A DNA stretch of 63,749 bases, the filler included, from Collodictyon triciliatum (lineage: Eukaryota), in the NCBI GenBank assembly GCA_043381765.1. It is 5 parts of 5 records of this genome, joined end to end, with 100 filler letters (N's around TTAATTAATTAA, not from the genome) between each part and the next. Parts side by side here need not be neighbours in the genome. Positions count along the whole stretch, not along the records: positions 1 to 26,096 come from JBHJMP010000337.1; 4 more parts are not named here. One strand, 5' to 3'. Under the pieces are notes generated by a model. It was not told the DNA's origin and did not search any database. It saw only the letters and a list, made by a program, of their open reading frames with translations. Positions 1 through 11,264 of the stretch are shown piece after piece. The position numbers and the translations under genes are program-made. Numbering within the stretch: position 1 is the stretch's first letter; every line of letters begins with the position of its first letter.

Positions 1-884
1 TTTTTGTTTTTGTTTTTGTTTTTGTTTTTGTTTTTGTTTTTGTTTTTNNNNNNNNNNNNNNNNNNNNNNNNNNNNNNNNNNNNNNNNNNNNNNNNNNNNN
101 NNNGAGTTGTTTTCTACTTTTCTCTGCAATGTGTCTTACTCTTTTGGCTTTAGCGCCGCCAGATTACCAATGCCTTTTATTCAATGAAAAAGCAAACGTG
201 AATCTCTCAGTTGCCTCCGCAGAGAATTTTTCGGCGATCATCAAACCAGACCTCTTGTGCTTTGGAACATTAAATGAAAACGCCACGCGACGGGATTTGA
301 ATTCCACGATTATTGCTTTGCACAAAATTATTCGTTCCTTGAAAATTTTTCATCATATTTACATATATAGTATATTGACATTTTATCTTCCAGCTTAGCC
401 TAATTCTCCGCAAGTGGCAAAATAAGGCTTATCGGACGCAGGAAAGCATACCTTACTAGGCTATGCAGTTTGCACCGTAAGCAGGCACCATCTTTGCTAC
501 TAAGCGCCACATGCCTGTCCTTGCATCCTTCTCTGACTCACATCCCTTTATTTACCGGCCAAGAGGCATTAGACTCTGTCGCCCATGTCAGTCTGCCACT
601 TCTGTGGCTTTTATCAGTGTTCTTTCACTTTGCGTGTGAGGTTATTCTGCTGTGTCTGTGCATGCAGTGCCAGAGTTACTCTTGCGCTTCTCTATACTGG
701 TGACTGCTTGAGGCTGTGAGGTTGATTTTTATTCATAGCCCATAGGCATCTGTTCAACATTCTAGCCAGCAAAATGGTCTGGTTGTTATCCACGGCCAGT
801 ATGCTGAAACCTGTGTAGGGTGCAGTCAAAGCACAGAAATACCTGGACGCTTAAAATATTGGCTGGCTGCGGTGTTCCTGCTGG

Positions 885-2495
885 CTATTTGGCCCAAAAG
901 TTTGGGTTTTGTGGGTAGGGATGATAGGAAGCTGGCGGCGCTCCGTAAACTGGTGGATAATTCGGATACTGGTTTGAAGGGTTGTAGTAATTGCTATTTG
1001 ACGGCGGCACTTGAGAGGAATTTCCTATGGTGAGTAGATGAGCCAAAGTTGTGAGCGAAGCCATGAGTTTTTATGCACCTGATTTTTATGAAGTTTGTGT
1101 TCTGGAAAAAAACTGCATTTATGTGGGAGAGGAATCCTCTAATAGTTTGAATATTGTAAAGGTTATATTATCTGGTGAAATCGCTTCGATGTATCACCTG
1201 GTTGAATTATCATCTCAAGACTCTTCACACCATTATCGAGCCTAGAAATGGTCCCAGAGAGCTCGCTTACAATGGCATTCAGTCTCGACTTTGTTTATTT
1301 TATTATTTTTTTGACGTTACGTGGTTATTTATTTCATCGGCCATAATAAAATAATATCTTGAGGTGAAGTTACAAACAATGTCTTGGATAAATATTCGTT
1401 ACCAAGGTACGGTGTGACATTTGATCGAAAATCTCCGATATGAAAGCTGCAAATAGTTGAGTGGTGTTATGATTAATTTGTGGCACATAAATAAGTAAAA
1501 AAGTTTTTTTTTGCCCCATAACTTCACATGTTATGTACATGGGAGGATTCAGTCCAGGTGAAACAAATAAGGGAGTTGGGGAATGCGCAAGTCACATATA
1601 AGGTTGGAACCTTGTGGGATATTCGGGGCCGTAAGGGGTGCATGTCGCGGCATGGAAGGGGCACTTGGGTACACAGGGGCTATAAAAGAAGAGTAAGATA
1701 GATGAACCAAAAATATATCAGCACCATTTCAATAGACGTATTAAGTATACATATAGATATAATAGTGGAGCAAAACTTAAGCATTTATATGTGAGTGATA
1801 TCACGCCAGGGTGACATTTCAAATAAAAGGATACCATCAAACTTTTCGAATCCATGTCCAGACAATTTTTTATGCGGTGGATGTCCAGATATTTGGTGTT
1901 GATTTAGCGGCTGGATTAGTAAATGCTCATTCGGAGATGCACCAAACGAGGATGGTTGACCCTGTGTAGATTGGCTCGGTGGACGAGTTGAATTTGAGGG
2001 TCCCAAAGGGCCTGGTTGTGCACTGTTCCATGTTTGAGCACCCCAAGGATTTGATTGGTTTGGTGCGATTTGTCCTGGTTGAGGGTTAAAAAGATTTGTT
2101 TGGCTTGGTGCGGTTTGTTCTGGTTGAGAGCCAAAAGGATTTGATTGGCTTGGTGCAGTTTGTCCTGGTTGAGAGCCAAATGGATTTGATTGGCTTGGTG
2201 CGGTTTGTCCTGGTTGAGGGTTAAAATGATTTGATTGGCTTGGTGCGGTTTGTCCTGGTTGAGGGCCAAATGGATTTGATTGGCTTGGTGCAGTTTGTCC
2301 TGGTTGAGAGCCAAATGGATTTGATTGGCTTGGTGCAGTTTGCCCTGGTTGAGGGCCAAATGGATTTGATTGGCTTGGTGTAGTTTGTCCTGGTTGAGAG
2401 CCAAATGGATTTGATTGGCTTGGTGCAGTTTGTCCTGGTTGAGGGCCAAATGGAGAAGACTGTCCAGGCTGAGGTTGAGGCGGTGTATTGGACAT
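885..2495 (-). CDS. Hypothetical Q/P/S-rich protein with about 9 tandem 15-aa NPF/FG repeats, a short helical middle region and a Y/P-rich tail (5 exons)
   Basis: ATG at 2495 (MSNTPPQPQP). GT-AG splicing joins ...FEKFD|APVYPS...NIPQ|AFISEIFDQMSHRTL|SRLNAIVSELSGTISRLDNGVKSLEMIIQP|GNSSQVPP...NPNFWAK* in consistent phases; TAG at 885-887. Confidence 0.65.
2050..2455 (-). repeat. Coding 45-bp tandem repeat (GPQPGQTAPSQSNPF, about 9 copies)
   Basis: The unit ccaaatggatttgattggcttggtgcagtttgtcctggttgagag/gg is repeated with few substitutions. Confidence 0.95.
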
Positions 2496-5088
2496 TATCA
2501 CTCTCTGAGGAACCCTGCATTGATACAACCAAAATCATGTAAAAGTTAACGTCAACAAATAGTCCTGGTATGGAGCTCCATAACTCCAACTGCACGCTGC
2601 GCACTATGTACTTCTTCGTTCCTGTTGGCGAGTGAATAGGACAGAAGAAAAGGGAAAACGGAAAACGGAAAAAAAAAAGGAAAAGGACATAGAGAGATAT
2701 TCATGTCGATCACAGAGGACTGGTGTAAAGCAGGATTGTTTTGTAGATCAGCATTCGGAGGGGCGCCTGGTCGCTTTGAGCTTTTGCGGCCTGCTTTGAT
2801 TGGTTGAGAAGCGCTCAGCTCGATCGATCCTGCTGCACGAGAAATCCAGATTGAAAAATCAAAATTGGAAACTGATTGGCATCGCAAAATCGAGGTAGTA
2901 TAAATCTGGATATTATATTAATTATGCCATACGAGAGGTTAAATGCCATATCGAAACAAATAAATAATAGTTAATTGACATGATATACTTGAAACATACT
3001 ATAGCTTTGCAGGACTTGCTTGTTTGTTTGAATAGAAATTCCCAGAGATCGATCTATTCTGTACCTCGCAATGCGAATAAATGAGGTGATCACATACAGA
3101 GAAAGGGAGGCGGACTAGAGAGGAACAGTAAGATTAAACATAATAAATAAGAAAAAGTCTCTTTTGCTGAGAAATAATAAACACTGAGAGAAAAAGGACA
3201 CATTCTCCAGAAAATAATATAATTACACTAGCGTTCTTTCCTTCTCCTCCCAACCTGCCACATTCTAAAGCCGAAAAAAAACACGCAAGCGATTTGAAAG
3301 AACGATCCCGAGAAGGACGAGACCGCCTACCAGGAGACCAACGCCACAGCCCTGCCCCGATGAATACCCACTGACCGAACGCAAATGGGGAAGGCTGACG
3401 CAGCCAACCCAGAGAGCGAAAAGGGCACTTTACCACATCCCTTGCAACACAGGTTATGCACGAGTCACACTGACGATCAGGACGCCAGCTGCCACCGACC
3501 CGTGAGTACAACAACCTACTAATAAGACGGAGCGAGCTTTTTGAAACGAATAATAAAGGGGGAAAAAAAAAAGACGGATCGAGTACCTATGATTGAACGA
3601 GGTAGAGACGAAGTAATAGTCTTTTGCTCATGGAGCGTGAGCACAACTCCGTGGCATGGACGACTCCAACGCTCCTGGCCTGCTATCACATTGAGATCTC
3701 AAAACATATAATATTGCAACCCATAGAACAATACACCATTTATCATTTATCTTTGATATAAAGATTATCTGTAAAATGAAGAATTAAGTAAAGTCAAACA
3801 TTCCTCTCATGAAGTGGGTTAAAACAATTACGTAAAAAACAGTGAATTAGGTTTATATCATTTGAAAAATGGAGATATTTTATTGACAGCTTTTATGATA
3901 ATAAATGATGTTTTAAGAAGTTTGAATATCGAATGCCATATCAATACAAATATAAACTACTTAGTTCAATTCGACGGAACAAGAATATAAGCAAAAGCGT
4001 CATTTTATCGCGTCCAGTCAGGATGGGCGACGATCAAGTTTCCAAACATTTGGGAAAAAAATAAGATAACAAAAACAGCTGCAAAATAAGGAGCAAAATG
4101 AAGCAAAAAAAAAAAAATAGTGAGGGAGAGAAAAAAGGTCTAGCAAAAGTCAAGAGGCAAAATGAGACGCCTAAAGAAAGAGAAGGGTTCAGGCTCTAAC
4201 CATCAACCCACGGGTAGGAGATAAGTATGAATATAGGCTTAGAATTAGTTGCTCTGATTCATTCATCCGTTTCTTTTTTCTTTTTTTCTCTTTTCTTTCC
4301 TTATTTCTTTTCATCTCCTGTTCTTTCATTTCCTTTTCTTTCTTTTTTCCCTTTATCTTCGGTCTCTTTCAGCCTGTAGATGGATTGCCTTCATTACAAA
4401 GGTTGTGATTGGCTTGGTTTTATCCCTTTCAAGGCACACCATAGTTTTTGTACAACGAAAGTGAGCTCATATACACCAGTTTATTGCGCAGACAACCATA
4501 GGATTAAACCTGGATGAACGAAAGTAGGAGGTTTGACGAATCCAAGATAGAACCTAAATAATATAATGGTATGATTAGTATGTAATAATATTGAAAATAC
4601 TTGATAATATCATTCTATTCATGTAATCAATCTATATTTTATTTTCCATTTATGTAATAATATCATTAAAATTCCATGGTTACAAACAAGCCGTTGCCTT
4701 GGCCCAGACAGAACCCACCCTATAAACCTGCCACCAAACATGCATTTCAAAAAAGCATACTATCCACACTTGCGGTAATTATCTTGTTTGGAGCCGACAT
4801 GTTGACTTTCAGTCGCAATGGCTATACGGCCGCCCTTTCGAACTTGCCTAATTGGCTCTCAGCGTCTTGTCTCAACTCATTTGTATATAAAAAAAAACAT
4901 TGGAGTGTTTGTTTGCTACAATGCGCACATTTTGAAAGTCTCAATAGATGCTTATTTTTACATAAATTGATTTTACACATATGTTTTTTTTATTTTTATT
5001 ATTATTAAATCGACTGATTGACTAAAGTTTTATTAAAATTGAAAACTCGGTAGTTTTCTAAAGGATAAAGTAAAACACAGACTTTCAG

Positions 5089-7030
5089 ATGAAGAATAGA
5101 AAATGTCTTGAGTTTGAGAATCTAAAGTCTGTAAAACCAGACTACCGAAATGTGAAAACATCTCTGAAGTCGATGTAAAGAATCCGGATGGCTATGACAA
5201 AATCAAGATACGGTTTTATTGTGTCATGATTTGGTTACCAACACTTATCTGTTTGCCAGTTGTTACATACTGAAATTACAACAGCTCCCGACAATCGATG
5301 AAATGTTTTTTCTTTCTTTTGTACGCTTCAAAGACATTCGGAATAGTTTCACAAGATAGACCCGCATTTTTTTTCTTAAAAAAAAATACCAGGTATGAAA
5401 GATGACATGACTTTATATCTCAATGATTTTCGGTTTCTTTTTGCCCCAAGAAGAACGCTTTCCGTTGGTTGGACTGTCTCATGTATTACCGTACTTGGCG
5501 AAGCAAATGTTAACAGCTTATCATAACAGCATTAAGGAACATCTTGTAAAGAGGCTACTGCGCTTTATAAATCAAACAGTTCTTAAAGATGAGAATATGA
5601 AGAATGCTATTAAAAAGACAGAGCTACGAAAGTTAAAGAAGCCATCTTCAAGAAACTCGAAATACTGAAAAATATACAAAGTATGGGCTAAGATACATTT
5701 GCATCATATCATTCCCAGCGACAGTGTAAATGGTATCGAATATGATGTCTGAGTCCATCCAAATAAGTACATTCCATGTCTGATTTACATGAATCGCATT
5801 TTTGAGGACATTGGAGCCAAACTGCTTCAACCAACTCCATAAGAACTACTACTATACCATGTCACATTACTCTAGACACTGCATGTTTGGTAGATATATT
5901 AGTATCATCTGGAAAATATCATTACTGAAGAGTATATCAGGATGCAAAGAAACACTATGGGATGAGCTCTTTGAAATAAAGAAGAGGGTCTTTCATCAAA
6001 GAGACTAGAATTTTATATACATGATACAAACAGAGGGCTTGGTGGTGTCATTATTGTTTGAAAAGGAAAGGTATTTCAAATTCAAAATCCAAAAATAATC
6101 AAAACACAAGAATGGCGGTTTCCTCGGCTTTGTTTTCTCTCAATAAACTGTTGAAAAGAAACCAAAAAAAAATAATCAAAACACAAGAATGTTTACATAG
6201 ATGAACTCTCCGAAGAGCAGCTATCTTTATTAGCGACAAAAAGAATAGTTTGGGTGGACGCTGGCAAGTTTAAAATGGTTTACATGGTGGATGAAGCAGG
6301 TAAGAAATTACATTACACGGCACACCAAACAAGGCATGATAGCACATCTCTTTAAAATCACAAAATACTCTTGCGCGAGAAAGAAAGAAAAGTACAATGC
6401 TTGAGGGATATACATGACAACAGGTTTACAAAGTGCTGTTTCTTTTGGTCACAGGACTTTTGAAGAGAATACGCAGTTTGAAACATCAAGAGTATCTTTA
6501 ATCGATTTAGAGACAGAACTGAGTAAACATAAATCATGCACGGTCGATTATGAATAGTTCCGAAAATATGTATCTATGAAATCAAGATACCAGATACAAT
6601 TATCCAGATTTTATGAACAAGTAACTTTTCGAAAGATGATATGGATACAGTATGTTAATACAAAAAGTAGTGAACAATTGTTTATGGACCGAATCGAAAA
6701 GACATTTTGGCAAGGATGTTGTATTGGCATATGTATGCTGGAGCAGAAAACCTCTGATGAAACTTTTTATGCCAACAATCGGAAGAGGATTACGAAAAAT
6801 ACTATCCAAACGTTTTGAAGCGGTTAGTGTAAATGAATTTAGAACCTCCAAGATGTGCTGCAACAGCGAAAAAGAACTGGAATATATGACACTGAAAGGA
6901 AATACAAAATATATATATATATATATATATAGATGTCACATATGTAAAGAATGCAATCACTCAGAAACCAAACAAAGTGCATTCTTGACAATGGACTTTA
7001 ACTGCGCTAATAATATACTCAACAAAGTTC
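5089..7030 (+). pseudogene. Degenerate Fanzor (eukaryotic TnpB-family RNA-guided nuclease), resembling Fanzor1/giant-virus-type proteins
   Basis: Fragments across frames: YRNVKTSLKS; LPYLAKQMLTAYHNSIKEHLVKRLLRFIN; IPCHITLDTAC; YIDELSEEQL..RIVWVDAGK (RuvC-I); ETELSKHKSCTVDY; FRKMIWIQYVNTKSSEQLFMDRIEKTF; MPTIGRGLRKILSKRFEAVSVNEFRTSKMCC (RuvC-II); CKEC (Zn finger); TMDFNCANNI (RuvC-III). Broken by stops, frameshifts and two insertions. Confidence 0.9.
6091..6191 (+). mobile_element. 53-bp poly(A)-tailed retro-insertion with a 24-bp target-site duplication inside the Fanzor
   Basis: AAAAATAATCAAAACACAAGAATG occurs at 6091-6114 and 6168-6191, flanking GCGGTTTCCTCGGCTTTGTTTTCTCTCAATAAACTGTTGAAAAGAAACCAAAA. 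Confidence 0.75.
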
Positions 7031-7082
7031 TTCTAATCTCCAAAAAATGCATATATCTTCCTCTAAAAAAATCAGGCTGTTG

Positions 7083-7215
7083 GGTCTTTCCTGGCAGCCT
7101 TCACCACTACACAATCTTCGTGAAAAAAGTGGTTTGACCTTGGGTACTAGCGCACCAGGTTTACGAACCGAAATATTAGTACCCCTTCTAGTAAATCCAA
7201 ACAAATGAAGAGTAA
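7083..7215 (+). ncRNA. Putative Fanzor omega-RNA scaffold / element right end
   Basis: Lies directly 3' of RuvC-III. Stems ACCACT(7103-7108)/AGTGGT(7128-7133) and GGGTACTA(7142-7149)/TAGTACCC(7177-7184), the latter enclosing the hairpin GGTT-TACG-AACC. Boundaries are approximate. Confidence 0.55.
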
Positions 7216-7512
7216 ATCCAGTGGAACGAACGGACATAGGATATGACTCTTCCATCATCTTCATTGTCATTATTAATTTTCATTTTCATTTTCATTTTCA
7301 TTTTCATTTTCATTTTCATTTTCATTTNNNNNNNNNNNNNNNNNNNNNNNNNNNNNNNNNNNNNNNNNNNNNTTCTTTATTCTTTATTCTTTATTCTTTA
7401 TTCTTTATTCTTTATTCTTTATTCTTTATTCTTTATTCTTTATTCTTTATTCTTTATTCTTTATTCTTTGTTTCTCATCACTTTAGTTCTCATCGAGTTG
7501 TCGCTGGTAAGG

Positions 7513-10500
7513 ATGGGGCGGCCTCCTGCTCTTTGCTTCGATCTTTTCCTGCTGTGCCTTGTTTCTGCATCATCTCTTCAGCGCGTCAATGCGACGTGTT
7601 CAAATCCTTCTCCAAAGAACACCCCCCTCAGTGCCGATCTGCAGTTAGTTGGCTCTCATTGCCGGCTCATGAATGTGCTAATTTTTTTTTATTTGTTTCA
7701 TTCTATCGCATTTTTATTGCATTCTTATTGCATTCTTATTGCATTCTTATTGCATTCTTATTGCATTTTTATTGCATTTTTATTGCATTCTTATTGCATT
7801 TAATAACATGTAATCCTCTGAGAATACTTCAAATGTCATGACAGGTCACATCGCTTGACTTTGATGCGCACAATACACTCACGTTTGAGTTTTCGACACC
7901 CCGCATGGTCGATCCCAACGGTACTCATAGGCTCATGCACAGAATGAAACTGCATTTATGTATGATGTCGAGAATCTTTCCTTAATTTCCTATTTCCTGT
8001 CTGTTATGAATTAGGTGCTGTTCTTTGCTCGCTGCATCCTGACATTTCGTTCTCTGCGGAATCTTTTGAATTCAGGTGTGCCATTGAAGAAAGACACTGA
8101 ACTCAAGCAAATATTGTTTGGACCCTTGCATTATAACTATACAATAAAAGAAAAGGTTGCTTCTCTGTTTGAAAGCAGACCTCCAGGCGTTGCATTTCTC
8201 TATATGAATTAACTTGGGTGCTGAATAAAATATCAAGGGGTCTTTTTTCATCAAACGACCAGTTTTCAATGCATCAGGCGACACCTTTGAATAATGCCAA
8301 TTGGCCTCTAAATCCAATCGAGTATGCTCTGTTGAGAGATATTCTTAGGTAATAATTCAGTGTTATTTCACTATCGTCCGTATTTGCATGTTTCAGGATG
8401 ATTTAACAGATTATTTTCGAGGTTGAAAATATAATTCATAACAACCCCTTTTATGTGCATTTATTAGCAATGACGAGTATTACGCATCGTCTTTTATATA
8501 CTCTCGGTAAGTTATTCTGAAAACACGCTGTTCTCGATTAAAGTTGAGAATATAATGGATTGTTTGATTTTTCAATGTTTTTCTTAAAAAAAAAAAATTA
8601 AAAAAATTCTAGATACGACGATTTCGATTATGACTCTAGCTTTCTTCCACTTGATGGACTTTTCCGAAACATCAGTGCAATGCCAAACTGTGTGCTATTA
8701 TCAGGTTCCTGTCATCAACGCACCCACGAACTTCAAATGATTTACATGGCATTAAATTGATGTAAATTGTTGGATGTCTGAATGCTTTCATCCATCCAAT
8801 ATCAGCCTTTTACAGAAAAAAGTTTTCTTAAATATGCTTCTTTTGCTTTCACTCTTTTTATTTTTTATTTTTTTTTACATGTACTAGCTATCTATTCTCG
8901 TTCTGCTCGGTACGAGCTGCAAGTTAGAATCAAGAACCCTTCCCAAAATACTCTGTAAAAATCTTGAAATGAACGTGGATGATACATTACCCCCCCCCCA
9001 CGTTTTTTTTTTTTTATTCAAAAAGACTCGTCATCTAATATATTATATACAGATAATTGGTATGCTTTTATTTTATCTAAGTTTTTCTCTGTTGATTGTA
9101 GTAAAAACAAGACTCTTCAATTTTGGTACGCACCACTCTCATATTCGCTGGAAAATGATTATCTGATTATGTACGTACGAGGAGGAAAATACGGAAGCCT
9201 TTGCCAGCCAAGGGAAGGGTATGTTTTTCTGCCTCCGCGTCCTATTTTTCTCCTTTTTTTTTCACTTTTTTTTCACTTTTTTTTCACTTTTTTTTCACTT
9301 TTTTTTTTTTTTTTGTGAATGAACAGCCCTAGGTCGGAAGAAGTTACTACAATTAACTGTGCATCTATTATCATCAAAAAGGCTAATCCTGTATACTTTA
9401 GCATAAACTTACAGTTGGGTACTAAAGTATGCTATCCCGTTCAAGAGAGTTCGTGTGGTCCTGGTAAAAGTCTTTCCAGGTAGGCGATTACTTGGACATT
9501 ATCAATTACTAAAGAAAACAAAAGCTTCATAGAGTGCTCTAATTCAGGACAAATTTTCCCCCTTTTATTAGATAAGCTCCTTACATTTTTCTCTCTTTTC
9601 TTCTTCTATTGTTATTCATTCATTAGATCAGGAGAGTGTGTTTTATGCTCGTCTGATAACGGTGATTGTTGTCCAAAAGAACGGTATCTTTCCAATCCAA
9701 TCGGTTTGATCGGCTGTATCGAATCGAAGGCATCAGACTATCATTCTTACTTGTGCGACATGGTTTGGAAATATCTTTAGGACGTCAATGTTTATCGTCG
9801 TAAAAATGAACCTCACAATATGTATATTTATTTAAATTATTTTCATTCTTTGAGTCTCACTCAAATCATCGTTGGTGACCTACTCTCTAGCCTCTCTTTC
9901 CGTAATTATAAAAATAAAAATCAGTAATATCAAATATTATGTTAGTACACAGAGAAATTGAGAAACTATACAAGCGGTTACACAGGCCAGGCAGAAACCT
10001 ACTACTCCACCCTGTCAATATTCCAACAAGACGCACTCACGTTGGTGGACAATTATATATTTACAAAGGGTAAATATGCAATTTTTGAAAGGGGAAAGGA
10101 CTCTTGTAAAATTCGATGGAAATAAAAATCGCTTTACCATATTGAAATCAGACAGAAAATAAACACAACTTGGTAGGTTTGTATGACTTCGTTACAAATG
10201 CCGACTTCCATATGGACGGAAGACGCCCCTACAGCCCAACCCGGATGCGTGGGGTAACTCGGCTTTTATTTCTTTTCTGTGTATTGTGTAAAACAAAAAA
10301 ACAATATGTGGGCAAACCACATCTTAAATAAGCATAGGGCTGTTTGAGTCGAACCGAATCCATCTCCGCAGTACTCACTCCCGCTGGAATTTGTCCGACT
10401 TCAACGCCTTCTGTTATTCACATGTTTTTCTTGAAAATAATATCATTCCTAGGTTTTGCCGAACTGCAACGAAAAAAGTTGCAAAGATGGTTTCTTTGTG

Positions 10501-10985
10501 AATGCGCGAGACCATACCAGAGTGAGATTGAGAGACACACACTTTAGTATCCAAGTGAATTTTCGACTGGTTGGGCAGCTTCTTTACTTGAGTACTGGAA
10601 AGGTTGTTTCTTTTTCCCTTTTTCTCTCTTTCTCTTTCAACTATACATTCCCACGGATGCTGGCTTCTGCAACGACAATGCAAGTTATATGAATTATGCT
10701 TAACGTATGTTCGCCACTTCACTAGCAATGCAAGTCCCTTTTCGACCCAAACAAATCAGAAGAGCCGATCGGCTCTGAAATCCCAAGGCAGTCATGGCCG
10801 TGAGGAGCAAGAAATGAATATGAGGCAATTAGATATGTATGTAAATAAAGTTAACATGTTCATCAGTTGCGACGATTCTTTTCTTTCTCTCTTCGCAGAC
10901 AGGGGAGATCAATATTGGCAGGTTCTATCTTGAAAAAAAGTGGACCGAAATATCGCATATATGGCCCCTTAATATAAATATTTGA
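7513..10985 (+). CDS. Hypothetical secreted Cys-containing protein, about 15 exons
   Basis: Signal-peptide-like start MGRPPALCFDLFLLCLVSASS. Phase-consistent GT-AG exons include VTSLDFDAHNTLTFEFSTP, YDDFDYDSSFLPLDGLFRNIS, KVCYPVQESSCGPG, GECVLCSSDNGDCCPK and VLPNCNEKSCKDGFFVN. No family recognised; the 3' exons are less certain. Confidence 0.6.
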
Positions 10986-11264
10986 TTTATTAATGAAAAT
11001 TCTATCAAAACGTCATAACAACACTGTTCTTCTGAATTTCGATAAGGCTATGATAGGTGATGGAATGTGACTTCAGGCGTATTGGAAAATTGAACGGGAG
11101 TGTTTTGAAAGCGATTAGAAGAGTCTTCATATACATCGCATGAAAGCAACAAAAAGAAAAAAATACCAACTCGCAACTAATTTATGCCACGCATAATTTG
11201 GATGGGTAGCACAGGAACAAAAAGAAATTAAAAAAGAAAACCTCATAAGAGACGGAATGAATGA

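Noticed and set aside
1-47. (TTTTTG)n at the window start as a telomere
   Set aside because: It adjoins an N gap and resembles the many other A/T-rich SSRs in the window; there is no evidence of a chromosome end.
430-880. Minus-strand frame with scattered TAA/TGA suggesting stop-codon reassignment
   Set aside because: It lies 3' of the gene stop at 885. Conserved genes (hisD, RtcB, CTL, HID1, ZRANB2) end at TAA/TGA and have no in-frame stops, so the code is standard.
2050-2455. Regular 45-bp repeats resembling a CRISPR array
   Set aside because: There are no unique spacers; it is an in-frame coding tandem repeat in a eukaryotic gene.
4676-5008. ORF upstream of the Fanzor as a candidate transposase
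   Set aside because: It has no DDE, serine/tyrosine recombinase or HUH motifs, and its 3' half is AT-rich noise.
9688-9695. GTATCTTT as a possible U12 donor
   Set aside because: The frame continues through it (RYLSNPIG...CDM) to a phase-compatible GT donor downstream.
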